In this document: one piece after another, positions 18,919-28,429 of the stretch
Position numbering within the stretch: the first letter of the stretch is position 1
Layout: each line of letters starts with the position of its first letter
Origin: Desulfurivibrionaceae bacterium
Lineage (GTDB): Bacteria; Desulfobacterota; Desulfobulbia; Desulfobulbales; SURF-16
Direction: 5' to 3'
DNA: 64,000 nucleotides
Assembly: GCA_046537975.1 (NCBI GenBank)
Contig: JBKHJR010000001.1
Location: 688 to 64,687, forward strand
Made by a program: the position numbers and the translations under genes
The notes under the pieces: model-generated
Told to the model about the DNA's origin: nothing
The model's input: the letters and a program-made list of their open reading frames with translations, nothing else
Database searches by the model: none

Positions 18919-20835
18919 TCAGGATATACTGCTGCCGGGACCGACCTCCCCGGGAATTTCAGGGAGATAAAGCCTTTCTCCGTCACGGGCGGCCAAAATC
19001 ATGCCCTCGGAACGGACTCCCATGAGTTTAGTGGGCTGCAGGTTAGCCACAACGATTACTTTTTTTCCGATCAGTTCTTCGGGGGCGTAGTGTTCAGCAA
19101 TGCCTGCCACCACTACCCTTTCTTCCGGGGCTTTCACTGTGAGTTTAAGGAGCCGGTCCGATTTTTTCACCTTTTCTGCCCTGATAATCTCGGCCACCCG
19201 CAGATCGCACTTCTTGAAGTCGTCAAAGGTAATGACTCCCTCTTTTTCTCCTTTGCCGGATAATTGCTTATTTTTCTGGTGCTCTTCTTTCTCCGCGCTG
19301 CCTTTATGTTTTGCCATTTTCTCCAGTCTGGGAAAAAGGGCTTCTCCTTTCTTTACCTCCGTACCGGGTTCAAGCAATCCCCAGTCCAGATGTTCGGGCA
19401 TGCTGTCTTCTGCTTTCAAGCCGAGGGAGGAGAGCATCTTTGCCCCTGTTGTGGGCATAAAGGGTAAAAGGGTAAGGCTGATCAGCCGCAAAGATTCCAG
19501 GAGGTGGAAAAAGAAAGTGTTGAGCCGCTTCTTCTTTTCCGGGTCTTTGGCCATTTCCCAAGGGGCATTGTGGACGATGTATCTGTTGGCCCGGCCGATC
19601 ATCTCCCAGACTGCGGCCAGCGCCCTGCTGAAGTTGAACTCCTTCATTTCCCGTTGATAACTTATAAGCATCTGCCGGCCTGCTTCCGAGAGCTCCCGGT
19701 CTTCCTCCGCCGGTTCTCCGGATTCAGGGACTCTGCCGTCGGAGAATTTCTGGACCATGGTCAGGCTGCGGCTGAAGAGGTTGCCCAGATCGTTGGCCAG
19801 GTCTGAGTTGTAGCGATCAATAAGGGCTTCCGGGGTGTAGTTTGCGTCCAGGCCGAAGGACATCTCCCTCAGAAGAAAATAACGGACCGGGTCGACCCCG
19901 AAAGTAGCCACCATCTCCCCGGGCCGAGCCACATTGCCTATGGTCTTGCTCATTTTGGTTTCACCCACTTTCCAGAAGCCGTGAACACGAAGTCTGCGAA
20001 AGGGATTGAGGCCTATGGCCTTGAGCATGGTGGGCCAGTAAACGGCATGGGGTTTAAGAATGTCCTTGGCGATAATATGTTCGGCAGCAGGCCAGTAGTT
20101 GCGAAAATTTTCCTGGTCGGGATAGCCCAGGCCGGTGAGGTAGTTGATTAAGGCATCAAACCAGACATAGGTAACGAAGTTTTTGTCGAAAGGCAGCTCC
20201 ACCCCCCAGGTAAGGCGGCTGACAGGTCTGGAGATGCAGAGGTCTTCCAGGGGGTCCTGGAGGAAAGAGAGCACTTCATTTCTGTATCTTTCCGGAGTGA
20301 TGAATTCAGGGTGTTGGTTGATATGATCGATCAGCCAGTCCTGGTATCTGCTCATCCGAAAGAAATAGTTTTCTTCGTGGATCTCTTCAGGTTCGCTCAG
20401 GTGATCCGGGCATTGACCTTCCACCAGCTCTTTTTCAGTCAGGAATCGTTCACAGCCCTTGCAGTAGTGGCCCGAGTATTCGCTTAAGTATATATCACCC
20501 TTGTCATAAACCTTCTGCAGGATCTTTTGCACGGTTTTTATATGTTCCTGGTCCGTGGTCCGGATAAAGTTGTCGGCTTCAATATCAAGCTCCGGCCAGG
20601 TCGTCCGGAAGGATTCGCTGATGCGGTCGGCATACTCTTTGGGGCTCATCCCCGCTTTTTCCGCGGCCTGAACGATCTTGTCGCCATGTTCGTCGGTTCC
20701 GGTCTGAAAAAAGACGTTATCGCCGCCAAGCCTCCTGTAGCGGCTGTAGACATCCGCCACCAGGATGGTGTAAGCATGTCCCAGATGGGGATGGTCATTG
20801 ACATAAAATATCGGGGTGGTGATATAGGTATTCAT
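18919..20835 (-). CDS. metG: methionine--tRNA ligase with C-terminal tRNA-binding (EMAP/Trbp111-like) domain
   Basis: YITTPIFYVNDHPHLGHAYT (HIGH-type motif), KMSKTIGN (KMSKS), and the C-terminal LRVAEIIRAEKVKKSDRLLKLTV...VANLQPTKLMGVRSEGMILAA. Confidence 0.95.
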   Translation of the reverse strand: MNTYITTPIFYVNDHPHLGHAYTILVADVYSRYRRLGGDNVFFQTGTDEHGDKIVQAAEKAGMSPKEYADRISESFRTTWPELDIEADNFIRTTDQEHIKTVQKILQKVYDKGDIYLSEYSGHYCKGCERFLTEKELVEGQCPDHLSEPEEIHEENYFFRMSRYQDWLIDHINQHPEFITPERYRNEVLSFLQDPLEDLCISRPVSRLTWGVELPFDKNFVTYVWFDALINYLTGLGYPDQENFRNYWPAAEHIIAKDILKPHAVYWPTMLKAIGLNPFRRLRVHGFWKVGETKMSKTIGNVARPGEMVATFGVDPVRYFLLREMSFGLDANYTPEALIDRYNSDLANDLGNLFSRSLTMVQKFSDGRVPESGEPAEEDRELSEAGRQMLISYQREMKEFNFSRALAAVWEMIGRANRYIVHNAPWEMAKDPEKKKRLNTFFFHLLESLRLISLTLLPFMPTTGAKMLSSLGLKAEDSMPEHLDWGLLEPGTEVKKGEALFPRLEKMAKHKGSAEKEEHQKNKQLSGKGEKEGVITFDDFKKCDLRVAEIIRAEKVKKSDRLLKLTVKAPEERVVVAGIAEHYAPEELIGKKVIVVANLQPTKLMGVRSEGMILAARDGERLYLPEIPGEVGPGSSIS

Positions 20836-21764
20836 TTTGTGCCGTTGCTGCTTTTATCGCTATTTTCTTTATCTGACTGCCCTTTGTTCTTCCGGTTCTT
20901 GTGCTTCATCTTTTTCAGGGCAGGTTCCCATGTTTCCCGCTCCAGGACCTGAGTGACTTCCTCAATACCCTTTTCCTGTACGGTTACGGTTTCCTCCAGA
21001 ATGGAAACCTGATTTACAATATACTGTTTCTGGTCAATTTCCAGATGCTTCCCGACCTTGGGCATTTCTTTTTTCAGTTTGTCATAGCTGTCGAACTCAT
21101 AGGTGAGGCAGCAGAGGAGACGGTTGCAGATGCCTGATATCTTTGTGGGATTTAAGGGCAGATCCTGGACTTTGGCCATTTTGATGGAGACCGGGACAAA
21201 GTTGTTGATATAGGTGGAACAACAGAGCTCCCGACCGCAGCAGCCGATGCCGCCGATCATCTGGCACTCGTGGCGCACTCCGATCTGTCTCATCTCTACC
21301 CGGGTGGAGTATTCCTGGACCAGGATCTTGACCAGGTCCCGGAAATCAACCCGGTTTTCCGCAGTAAAGTAAAAGATGATTTTGCTGCCGTTGAAGTAGC
21401 GGTTTACCCTTATCAGTTTCATGGCCAGGCCCTTTTCAACAATTTTCTGCCGACAGAAGGTAAAAGATTCCTGCTCCTGTTCCAGCAGGCGGTCATACCT
21501 TTCCTGCTCTCTGTGGTTGGCCCGGCGGATTATATTATAATAAAGGTCGGTTGCACATACATCATTTTCACTGCTTTTTTCGGGAGTGCCGGAGAGCCCC
21601 GGGGCCCGGCCCTTTATTATGGCCGGTTCCAGATCATGGTCAGTCTCAACCATGACCAGTTCACCCGGAGTGAGATCTGCTATCTCCGTTATGGCGGAGT
21701 AAGTCTGCTGGGTCTCCCGGAACCTTATCTTGTAAAAGGTGAGGGCTTTGCTTTGTTCAGACAT
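20832..21764 (-). CDS. ricT: PSP1 domain protein (RicT/YaaT-like)
   Basis: The PSP1 core RVEMRQIGVRHECQMIGGIGCCGRELCCSTYINNFVPVSIKMAKVQDLPLNPTKISGICNRLLCCLTYE is present. I prefer the start at Met MSEQSK (21764). Its stop overlaps the metG start (ATGA). The holB-ricT-metG order is a known conserved synteny. Confidence 0.85.
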   Translation of the reverse strand: MSEQSKALTFYKIRFRETQQTYSAITEIADLTPGELVMVETDHDLEPAIIKGRAPGLSGTPEKSSENDVCATDLYYNIIRRANHREQERYDRLLEQEQESFTFCRQKIVEKGLAMKLIRVNRYFNGSKIIFYFTAENRVDFRDLVKILVQEYSTRVEMRQIGVRHECQMIGGIGCCGRELCCSTYINNFVPVSIKMAKVQDLPLNPTKISGICNRLLCCLTYEFDSYDKLKKEMPKVGKHLEIDQKQYIVNQVSILEETVTVQEKGIEEVTQVLERETWEPALKKMKHKNRKNKGQSDKENSDKSSNGTK

Positions 21765-22063
21765 TTTGTTTCCGGATAAAATATAACTCGTATGAAGGCA
21801 CAAAGACGCTAAGAACAGTAATGGAAATAAGAGCCTTGGTGGCTTCAAACGGGGAAAAGATAACTTTAGATATAACTAAAGGATGCATATTACCATTAAA
21901 GGTGCTTAAAGAAAAGGATTTTACTTTTCCAGTGACTGTAAGGCAGCCAGTAGAAAACCGGGCCGGTCCAGGTGCTTTTGTTCTTCTGAACAGCCCTCGT
22001 TTGAGGGAGCAGGTAAAAATGTCTTATTTTAGGTCGGGAGCGGAGAAAAGCGGGTAACATATA

Positions 22064-23050
22064 TCAAAGAAGTTCAAAGAAAAGAACTTCCAGGACCAGG
22101 CCGGGATTGCAGTTCCGTTGCAGCTGGCTGCGGGCCTGCCGGACAGAGCTCAGTTTGACGGACAGTTCCTCCCGGGTCCAGTGGGTAGTAGCTTTAATTG
22201 TCAGCTCCTGCAGGTCCAGATTGATGAGCCGGTCCTTAAAACCTTGGTCTGCCAGAATAACATCCCGGAACCAGTTGGCCAGAAGGTCCAGGAGCTTTTC
22301 CAGGTCTTGCTTGAGGACAGCGGCCCGGTCACTGAGGGCGAATATCCGGTCCACATCAGGCTTATCAGGGGAGCCGGCCACCAGCATCTCGGCAATCTCC
22401 CGGCGTAGCTCCAGGATTTCTCCGCCGGCGAGGTAACGGGCCCGACCCAGACTGCCTTCACTGAATCCGGCCAGGGCAGAGGCGGTCAATGCGTCCACCC
22501 CTTCTGACTCCAGCACCCTGGTCACCTTTTCCCGGGCCAGGGGATAAAGGGGGATTACCTGGCAGCGGGAGAGGATGGTGGGCAGGACCAGTCCCGCTTC
22601 ATCTGCGGTCAGGATAAAGATCGAATAAGGAGGGGGCTCCTCCAGGGATTTGAGCAGGCTGTTGGCAGCTTCCCGGCCCCGGAGGTTCTGGTGGATATCG
22701 TCGAGCAGGATAACCCGGTACCTGCCTTCGAAAGGGGCATAGGCCAGCTGTTTTTTCAGTTCTCTAACCTGGTCTATCTTTATGTAAGCTCCGCTTGCCT
22801 GAATATGTCGGAAATCCGGGTGATTGCCGGAGGCAAATTTGAGACAGGAAGGGCACTGGCCGCAGACCCGGTCGCCCTCGGCTGCCCGGCAGTTGATCAG
22901 GGCGGCGAATGCCTGAGCCAGGCTCTTCTTACCCACCCCGGCCGGTCCCCGGAAGAGGTAGGCATGGCTTATTTTATTATTGGCCCGGCAGGTCCGGAGC
23001 AGGTTTTTGGCCCTTTCCTGGCCTATGATGTCCTGGAAGGTAATCAGCAA
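22064..23050 (-). CDS. holB: DNA polymerase III delta-prime subunit
   Basis: HAYLFRGPAGVGKKSLAQAFAALINC followed by a zinc module C..CGQCPSCLKF..GNHPD, then SRCQVIPL. Confidence 0.85.
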   Translation of the reverse strand: MLITFQDIIGQERAKNLLRTCRANNKISHAYLFRGPAGVGKKSLAQAFAALINCRAAEGDRVCGQCPSCLKFASGNHPDFRHIQASGAYIKIDQVRELKKQLAYAPFEGRYRVILLDDIHQNLRGREAANSLLKSLEEPPPYSIFILTADEAGLVLPTILSRCQVIPLYPLAREKVTRVLESEGVDALTASALAGFSEGSLGRARYLAGGEILELRREIAEMLVAGSPDKPDVDRIFALSDRAAVLKQDLEKLLDLLANWFRDVILADQGFKDRLINLDLQELTIKATTHWTREELSVKLSSVRQARSQLQRNCNPGLVLEVLFFELL

Positions 23051-23085
23051 TACAGTTACAAGCTTTCGAGTTTCAAGGTATAGGG

Positions 23086-24147
23086 TTAAAACAGGGTGGG
23101 CTGCTGGCCCTTGTCTTGTGGATTTTCTTCTTTTTTCCGGGGTTCCCGGGGGTCTTCTTCAGTTTCTTCCTTCCGGCCGGTATCGTTTAAGAAGAGAAAG
23201 CGGCCCAGGTTGCGCTGATAGGGGCTCCAGCTGTAGCCTTCATCCCCTTCCATCCGGCTGGCCAGCTGGTCGGTATAGTTGATCTTGGCATCCAGATCAT
23301 CGAGAAAGTTGAGGACAAAGGCCTCCTTGAGCATGGGCAGAGCAGGGGAACCGAATTCATGGCTGCCGTGATGGCTGAGGATAAGGTGCTTAAGCCGGGC
23401 GGCCAGGTCTTCGGGAAAGTCCTTGATTTTCTGGACCGCTTTTTCCACCATCTCAACCCCCATAACCATATGGCCCAGGAGCCTGCCCTGGTCGCTGTAA
23501 TCAAAGGGAGGGATATCAAAGGAAAACTCTTTTACCTTGCCGATATCGTGGAGCAGGGCTCCGGCCAGGAGCAGGGACCGGTCCACGGAAGGGTAGAGAT
23601 CTGCTACCTGGTCGGCCAGGCGGCAGATGGCCAGGGTGTGTTCCAGGAGACCGCCGAGATAGGCATGGTGCATGTACTTGGCCGCCGGAGCCCTCTGGAA
23701 GATTTCCTGGAAAACCTGGTCCTTGAATATGGTGTTCAGCAGTTTTTTCAGGTCCGGATCCTTAATGGACTTGATCATCCCCAACAGCTCAGCCATCATC
23801 TCACTGGTGTCACCGGCTGTTGCAGGAATAAAAAGGCTCAGGTCCACCTTCCCTTCTTCCTGGAGGTTTACTGAGACGACCTTCAGCTGTACCTCCCCCC
23901 GGAAAGACTGGCTCTGGGCTTGGATAGCAACCACACGGCCAGGTAGGCACTGCTCCTGCCAGCGGTCCGCCTCATCCCAGATCTTGGCGGGCAGTTCCCC
24001 GGTTTTGTCCATGATCTGGAGACTCAGGTAAGGTTTACCTGCCTTGGTTTCGGCCCGGCTTACCTCTTTAAGAAGGTAGAGGCCCTCGATCTGCTGGCCC
24101 TCCTCGATATCTTTCAGGAAAGGACCCTTGTTTGGTTCATCAGCCAT
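23086..24147 (-). CDS. OB-fold + HD domain phosphohydrolase (YhaM-like 3'-5' exoribonuclease family)
   Basis: An N-terminal OB segment (GLYLLKEVSRAETKAGKPYLSLQIMDKTGELPAKIWD) is followed by an HD domain (HHAYLGGLLEHTL...LLHDIGKV...SHHG). Confidence 0.7.
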   Translation of the reverse strand: MADEPNKGPFLKDIEEGQQIEGLYLLKEVSRAETKAGKPYLSLQIMDKTGELPAKIWDEADRWQEQCLPGRVVAIQAQSQSFRGEVQLKVVSVNLQEEGKVDLSLFIPATAGDTSEMMAELLGMIKSIKDPDLKKLLNTIFKDQVFQEIFQRAPAAKYMHHAYLGGLLEHTLAICRLADQVADLYPSVDRSLLLAGALLHDIGKVKEFSFDIPPFDYSDQGRLLGHMVMGVEMVEKAVQKIKDFPEDLAARLKHLILSHHGSHEFGSPALPMLKEAFVLNFLDDLDAKINYTDQLASRMEGDEGYSWSPYQRNLGRFLFLNDTGRKEETEEDPREPRKKEENPQDKGQQPTLF

Positions 24148-24253
24148 AATTAAAGGTTCCGTGAAATTTAAAATCGTGCGCCGGGGCGGCGGGTCTTGCC
24201 TGTCTCAGGGAGAAAGAAATATTTAATTACCGGTGGTACAGCCAATCTTTCAT

Positions 24254-27253
24254 CTAAAAATCCAGGGTGCCCTGCCAGGCATCTTTCAGTTCAGAAACCG
24301 CCGTTTCCATAACCCGATCGCCGTTTAAACCAGTGACCCGCAACTCGGGCGCGCCGATCACCTCTCCCAGGCGGAAGCAGCCGGTATCAGACATAATCTC
24401 TTCAAATCTTGCCCTGTTCTCCGGGGCCACGGTAACTACAAAACGGCTCTGGCTCTCGGAGAAAAGAAGGGTGTCATCCCGCCAGCTGTTATCCTCCTGG
24501 CCCAGCCCGGCCTGGCCCAGATTGATATCCATTCCCAGGTCCCCGCTAAAGGCGGTTTCTGCCAGAGCTGCCCCAAGACCGCCGTCGGAACAGTCGTGGC
24601 AGGAGGCCACCAGTCTTTCGGCCATGGCCTTTTCCAGGCAGCGGTAACGGGGCAGGGCTTCATCTTCCCTGACCCGGGGGACGCTGTTGCCGGTAGCCCC
24701 ATACTGGTTGGTATATTCCGAGGCCCCCAGTTCCGGATAGGTATGGCCCAGGACGTAGACCAGGTCTCCCGCCTTTTTGGCATCCATGGTGACCGCGGAG
24801 CGGATGTCCTCGATCTTGGCCATTACTGAAAAGAGAAGGGTGGGGGGAATGGAGATCTTGGTACCCTCCATGATATAGTCGTTTTTCATGGAGTCCTTGC
24901 CTGAGATGCAGGGCACTCCGTAGGCCCTGGTATAACGGGCCAGGGCCTCTCCGGACCGGACCAGCTGAGCCAGCTTGTAGTCCCCGTCCGGGGTCTTTTC
25001 CGATAAGATGGGGTCGCACCAGCAGAAATTGTCCAGGCCGGCCATGACCTCCAGGGAGGCCCCCACGGAGAGGGCGTTGCGCACTGCTTCGTCCACGGCG
25101 CAGGCCGTCATGTGGTAGGTGTCTATATCCGAGTAGCGGGGGCAGACCCCGTGGGCCAGGACCAGACCGGACCAGGAGTCAAACACGGGCCTGATGACGC
25201 TGGCATCGCTGGGACCGTCATTGACTATGCCGGTCAGGGGCTTGACCACGCTCATTCCCTGGACCTCGTGATCGTACTGGCGGACCACGTATTCCTTGGA
25301 ACAGATGTTGAGTCTGGCCAGTAGCTTTTTGAGTTCTTCTCCCAGATCAGGGCCTTCCGGTAGTCTGGGTTCCGGCCAGATCTTCTGCTGCCAGCGGGCC
25401 TTCATTTTAAGGGGCGGCAGGCCCTTGTGGACAAAGTCCATGTCCAGGTATGCTACAGTCCGGCCTTCGTAGAGGCAGTGGAACTTGCCGGAGTCGGTAT
25501 AGGTCCCCAGGACACTGGCCTCCACATCCATCTTGCGGCAGAGTTCCAGAAATTCATCTATTTTGGCCGGCGGCACCGCCAGGGTCATCCGTTCCTGGGC
25601 CTCGGACAAGAAGATCTCCCAGGGCTGGAGGCCGGCATACTTCAGGGGGGCCCGGTCCAGATGCAGTTCAAAACCACCGGTATCCTCGCCCATTTCTCCC
25701 ACCGAGGAAGAGAGCCCTCCGGCCCCGTTGTCGGTGATGCAGCTATAAAGTCCCAGGTCCCGGGCTTTGAGCAGGCAGTCAAACATCTTTTTCTGGGTTA
25801 TGGGGTCCCCGATCTGGACCGCTGTGGCTGGTGAGCCTTCATGGAGTTCCTCCGAGGAAAAGGTGGCCCCGTGAATGCCGTCCTTGCCGATGCGGCCGCC
25901 GGTCATGACAATGTAGTCCCCGGGACTTGCCTTCTTGTACTCGGAAGGGATGCCGTTTACCTCCCGGGGCATGATCCCCACGGTGCCGCAGAAAACCAGG
26001 GGCTTGCCTGCGAAGCGTTCGTCAAAGGCCAGAGAGCCGTTTACCGTGGGGATGCCGCTCTTATTGCCTCCGTGCTCCACTCCTTCCCGGACTCCTTCCA
26101 TGATGCGCTTGGGGTGCAGGAGGCGGGCCGGCAGCGGTTTATTATAAAAGGGGGAGGCGAAGCAGAACATGTTGGTGTTGCAGATCAGTTTGGCCCCCTG
26201 GCCGGTGCCGAAGGGATCCCGGTTGACCCCGACGATGCCGGTCAGGGCCCCGCCGTATGGATCCAGGGCCGAGGGGCTGTTGTGGGTTTCCACTTTGAAG
26301 ACCACGTTCCAGTTGTCATTGAAACGGATTACTCCGGCATTGTCCTTGAATACGGAAAGGCACCAGTCCTCCTCCCCCCTTTCCCGGCGGATGTCTTCAG
26401 TGGGCTTACGGATGCAGGTGTCAAAGAGGTTGGAGATTTCTCTTTTTTCCCCGGTCTCCAGGTCCTCATAGTCGATATCACCGGAGAAGATTTTGTGCTT
26501 GCAGTGCTCGGACCAGGTCTGGGCCAGGGCCTCCAGTTCCACGTCAGTTATCTTTTCGCTGATCCCCCGGGTCCTGCGTTCTTCCTTGACTTCCGGACGG
26601 GAGACGTACTCCCGGATCAGTTTCATCTCATCCAGGCTTAAGGCAAGAACACCTTCACTGCTTATTTTCATTAATTCTTCATCTGGTACCTCCAGATCGA
26701 TTTCCGCCACTCTGGCCGGAGTTTCATCAACCACCCTGGGGGCAAAGGGAGGAATGCCGCCCTCAGTCCGGAACTGGTCCCTGCTCATGATGGTGGAGCG
26801 CTGGATCAAGTCGTTGGCCAGAGCCTCCCCTGCTATTTTCCGGGCCTCTTCCGGAGTCACCTCCCCTTCAATCAGATACTGTCTGGAGGTGTAAACCCCT
26901 TCCCCGTCTTTCAGCTTTCTGCCGATAAGGAGCTCCAGGGCCCGGGCTGCGGTGCGGCCTTCGTTGTCTGTCACCCCGGGGCGGAAACCGATTTCGATGA
27001 GCCAGTCGAAAGCAAGTGCCTTATCCAGAGCCAGAGAGGACAGGGAGTAGTCCTGGATTACCGGGTCACAGTAAGGTCCGGCAGCCACGGCCTTAAGGTT
27101 TTCCCGGCTGATGTCCGCCTCCACGGTAAAGACGTTGATGGTGCGGACCCCGGTTACCGGGATCCCCAGGTCCCTGGTTATCTTTTTGTGGGTTTTTTCG
27201 GCTAAGGAATCGGGCAGGGAAGGCTTGATGCCCACTTCTATTCGTGCCAGCAT
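24254..27253 (-). CDS. purL: phosphoribosylformylglycinamidine synthase, PurS-PurS-PurL fused form (no glutaminase domain)
   Basis: 999 aa. Two N-terminal PurS-like repeats (RIEVGIKPSLPD...VRTINVFTVEA and LIEIGFRPGVTDNEG...ANDLIQ) precede the PurL/AIR-synthase-like core (ETHNSPSALDPYGGALTGIVGVNRD, DNGAGGLSSS). Confidence 0.9.
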   Translation of the reverse strand: MLARIEVGIKPSLPDSLAEKTHKKITRDLGIPVTGVRTINVFTVEADISRENLKAVAAGPYCDPVIQDYSLSSLALDKALAFDWLIEIGFRPGVTDNEGRTAARALELLIGRKLKDGEGVYTSRQYLIEGEVTPEEARKIAGEALANDLIQRSTIMSRDQFRTEGGIPPFAPRVVDETPARVAEIDLEVPDEELMKISSEGVLALSLDEMKLIREYVSRPEVKEERRTRGISEKITDVELEALAQTWSEHCKHKIFSGDIDYEDLETGEKREISNLFDTCIRKPTEDIRRERGEEDWCLSVFKDNAGVIRFNDNWNVVFKVETHNSPSALDPYGGALTGIVGVNRDPFGTGQGAKLICNTNMFCFASPFYNKPLPARLLHPKRIMEGVREGVEHGGNKSGIPTVNGSLAFDERFAGKPLVFCGTVGIMPREVNGIPSEYKKASPGDYIVMTGGRIGKDGIHGATFSSEELHEGSPATAVQIGDPITQKKMFDCLLKARDLGLYSCITDNGAGGLSSSVGEMGEDTGGFELHLDRAPLKYAGLQPWEIFLSEAQERMTLAVPPAKIDEFLELCRKMDVEASVLGTYTDSGKFHCLYEGRTVAYLDMDFVHKGLPPLKMKARWQQKIWPEPRLPEGPDLGEELKKLLARLNICSKEYVVRQYDHEVQGMSVVKPLTGIVNDGPSDASVIRPVFDSWSGLVLAHGVCPRYSDIDTYHMTACAVDEAVRNALSVGASLEVMAGLDNFCWCDPILSEKTPDGDYKLAQLVRSGEALARYTRAYGVPCISGKDSMKNDYIMEGTKISIPPTLLFSVMAKIEDIRSAVTMDAKKAGDLVYVLGHTYPELGASEYTNQYGATGNSVPRVREDEALPRYRCLEKAMAERLVASCHDCSDGGLGAALAETAFSGDLGMDINLGQAGLGQEDNSWRDDTLLFSESQSRFVVTVAPENRARFEEIMSDTGCFRLGEVIGAPELRVTGLNGDRVMETAVSELKDAWQGTLDF

Positions 27254-27435
27254 TGATAACAGCTCCGTTTATTTATAAATTACGAATTACTTATTGTGCA
27301 CAGGGAATTATGGTTCCAGGGTCAGGGGATAGGGTTGTAAGTACGGGGCGCAGACCGCCGCGCATCTTAAACCTCACATCTTTCTAACATAAGCAGAAGG
27401 AGTACGCCATTGGAAAGTGAGGACGTCTCCGGGAA

Positions 27436-28146
27436 TTACGAATCCGTAATTTTCGATTCCTGATTTTTCCCACCGGGCGGATGGAGAAATATTTCCTGCC
27501 CGGCTTCGGATACCCGGAAGCCATGGGCGGCAAGGACCTTAAAGACCGGACGGCCGAAGAGAAAGAGTTCCCGGGCCAGGGAAATGGAAAACTCTTTTTG
27601 AGCCTGGCCGCGGATAGTGAGATCCGCCCTTACTATACCGGTCAGCTCTTTTAGGGGATCAGTTTCCCCGGACTGATTTTCCAGTCTCTTGACCAGGGTG
27701 ATGATCCTCTGGTAATCGCACTGTTTATCCTGGGCACTCAGGAGGCCCAAAACCGGATCAGAGGGATCGAGGAGATCCCTTCGGGTCAGGGTATTCCGGC
27801 CGATCATTTCCTTCAGTTCCCGGGTGTCCCAGCATTTCAGAAGCCGGCATTCCAGGGGGCGGTGCTGATAGATGGTACAGCCTCTGGAATCGCCGTAAAA
27901 ACGGCAGGACCAGGTAGAGCTGCCTCCGGAAATTTTCAGGATTTCCTGTTCTACGGGTTTGATCTTGCCGGTCAGGGGGTCGTAGGCCGGTTCTCCGGAC
28001 CGGATGGTGACCAGATGTCGGCGGGAGAAATGGCCTTCCCGGAGCAGGGGAAGGTCTTCCCGGTGCAGAGCCGGGCCTCCCTGCCGGCAGCAGGTCCCGC
28101 AGCGCCGGCATTCTTCAGTCCCGGATAATTGTTGATCAGTGGTCAT
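27436..28146 (-). CDS. YkgJ family cysteine-cluster protein (UPF0153)
   Basis: The N-terminal CRRCGTCCRQGGP cluster plus downstream C...CTIY..RP.EC match the YkgJ/zinc-iron chelating domain pattern. Confidence 0.7.
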   Translation of the reverse strand: MTTDQQLSGTEECRRCGTCCRQGGPALHREDLPLLREGHFSRRHLVTIRSGEPAYDPLTGKIKPVEQEILKISGGSSTWSCRFYGDSRGCTIYQHRPLECRLLKCWDTRELKEMIGRNTLTRRDLLDPSDPVLGLLSAQDKQCDYQRIITLVKRLENQSGETDPLKELTGIVRADLTIRGQAQKEFSISLARELFLFGRPVFKVLAAHGFRVSEAGQEIFLHPPGGKNQESKITDS

Positions 28147-28429
28147 ATCTTGATTCCTGCTGTCCGCCGACCCGGTTGATGTTGCAAAAGTTCCTCTACC
28201 CTTGTTAGATTTATCCCCTGTTTCGGAAGCTTCCTTGAAGCCCCGAAGAAATATTCTTTCAGCTTTAACTAAAGTGAGTCCTTTTGTCCAGTTTTGGCCT
28301 CGAAAAAGTTGGCGGCATTATAAGATTTCTGTTTATTGACCCGGAAAGTTGCATTAGGATGTGTACTGATACGATCAATGCCGGCAAGACCTCTCATCTT
28401 AAAGTTAAGGACTGTAGGGTAAAATAGAC

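Noticed and set aside
21821-22057. 78-aa plus ORF in the holB-ricT spacer
   Set aside because: It is on the opposite strand to the operon, has no SD or motif, and partly overlaps the rejected N-terminal extension of ricT.
25841-26641. 266-aa plus-strand ORF (and several smaller ones from 24267 to 26894) inside purL
   Set aside because: They are antisense to a 999-aa ORF with unmistakable PurL motifs. The translations are low-complexity Gly/Ala/Pro/Val strings.
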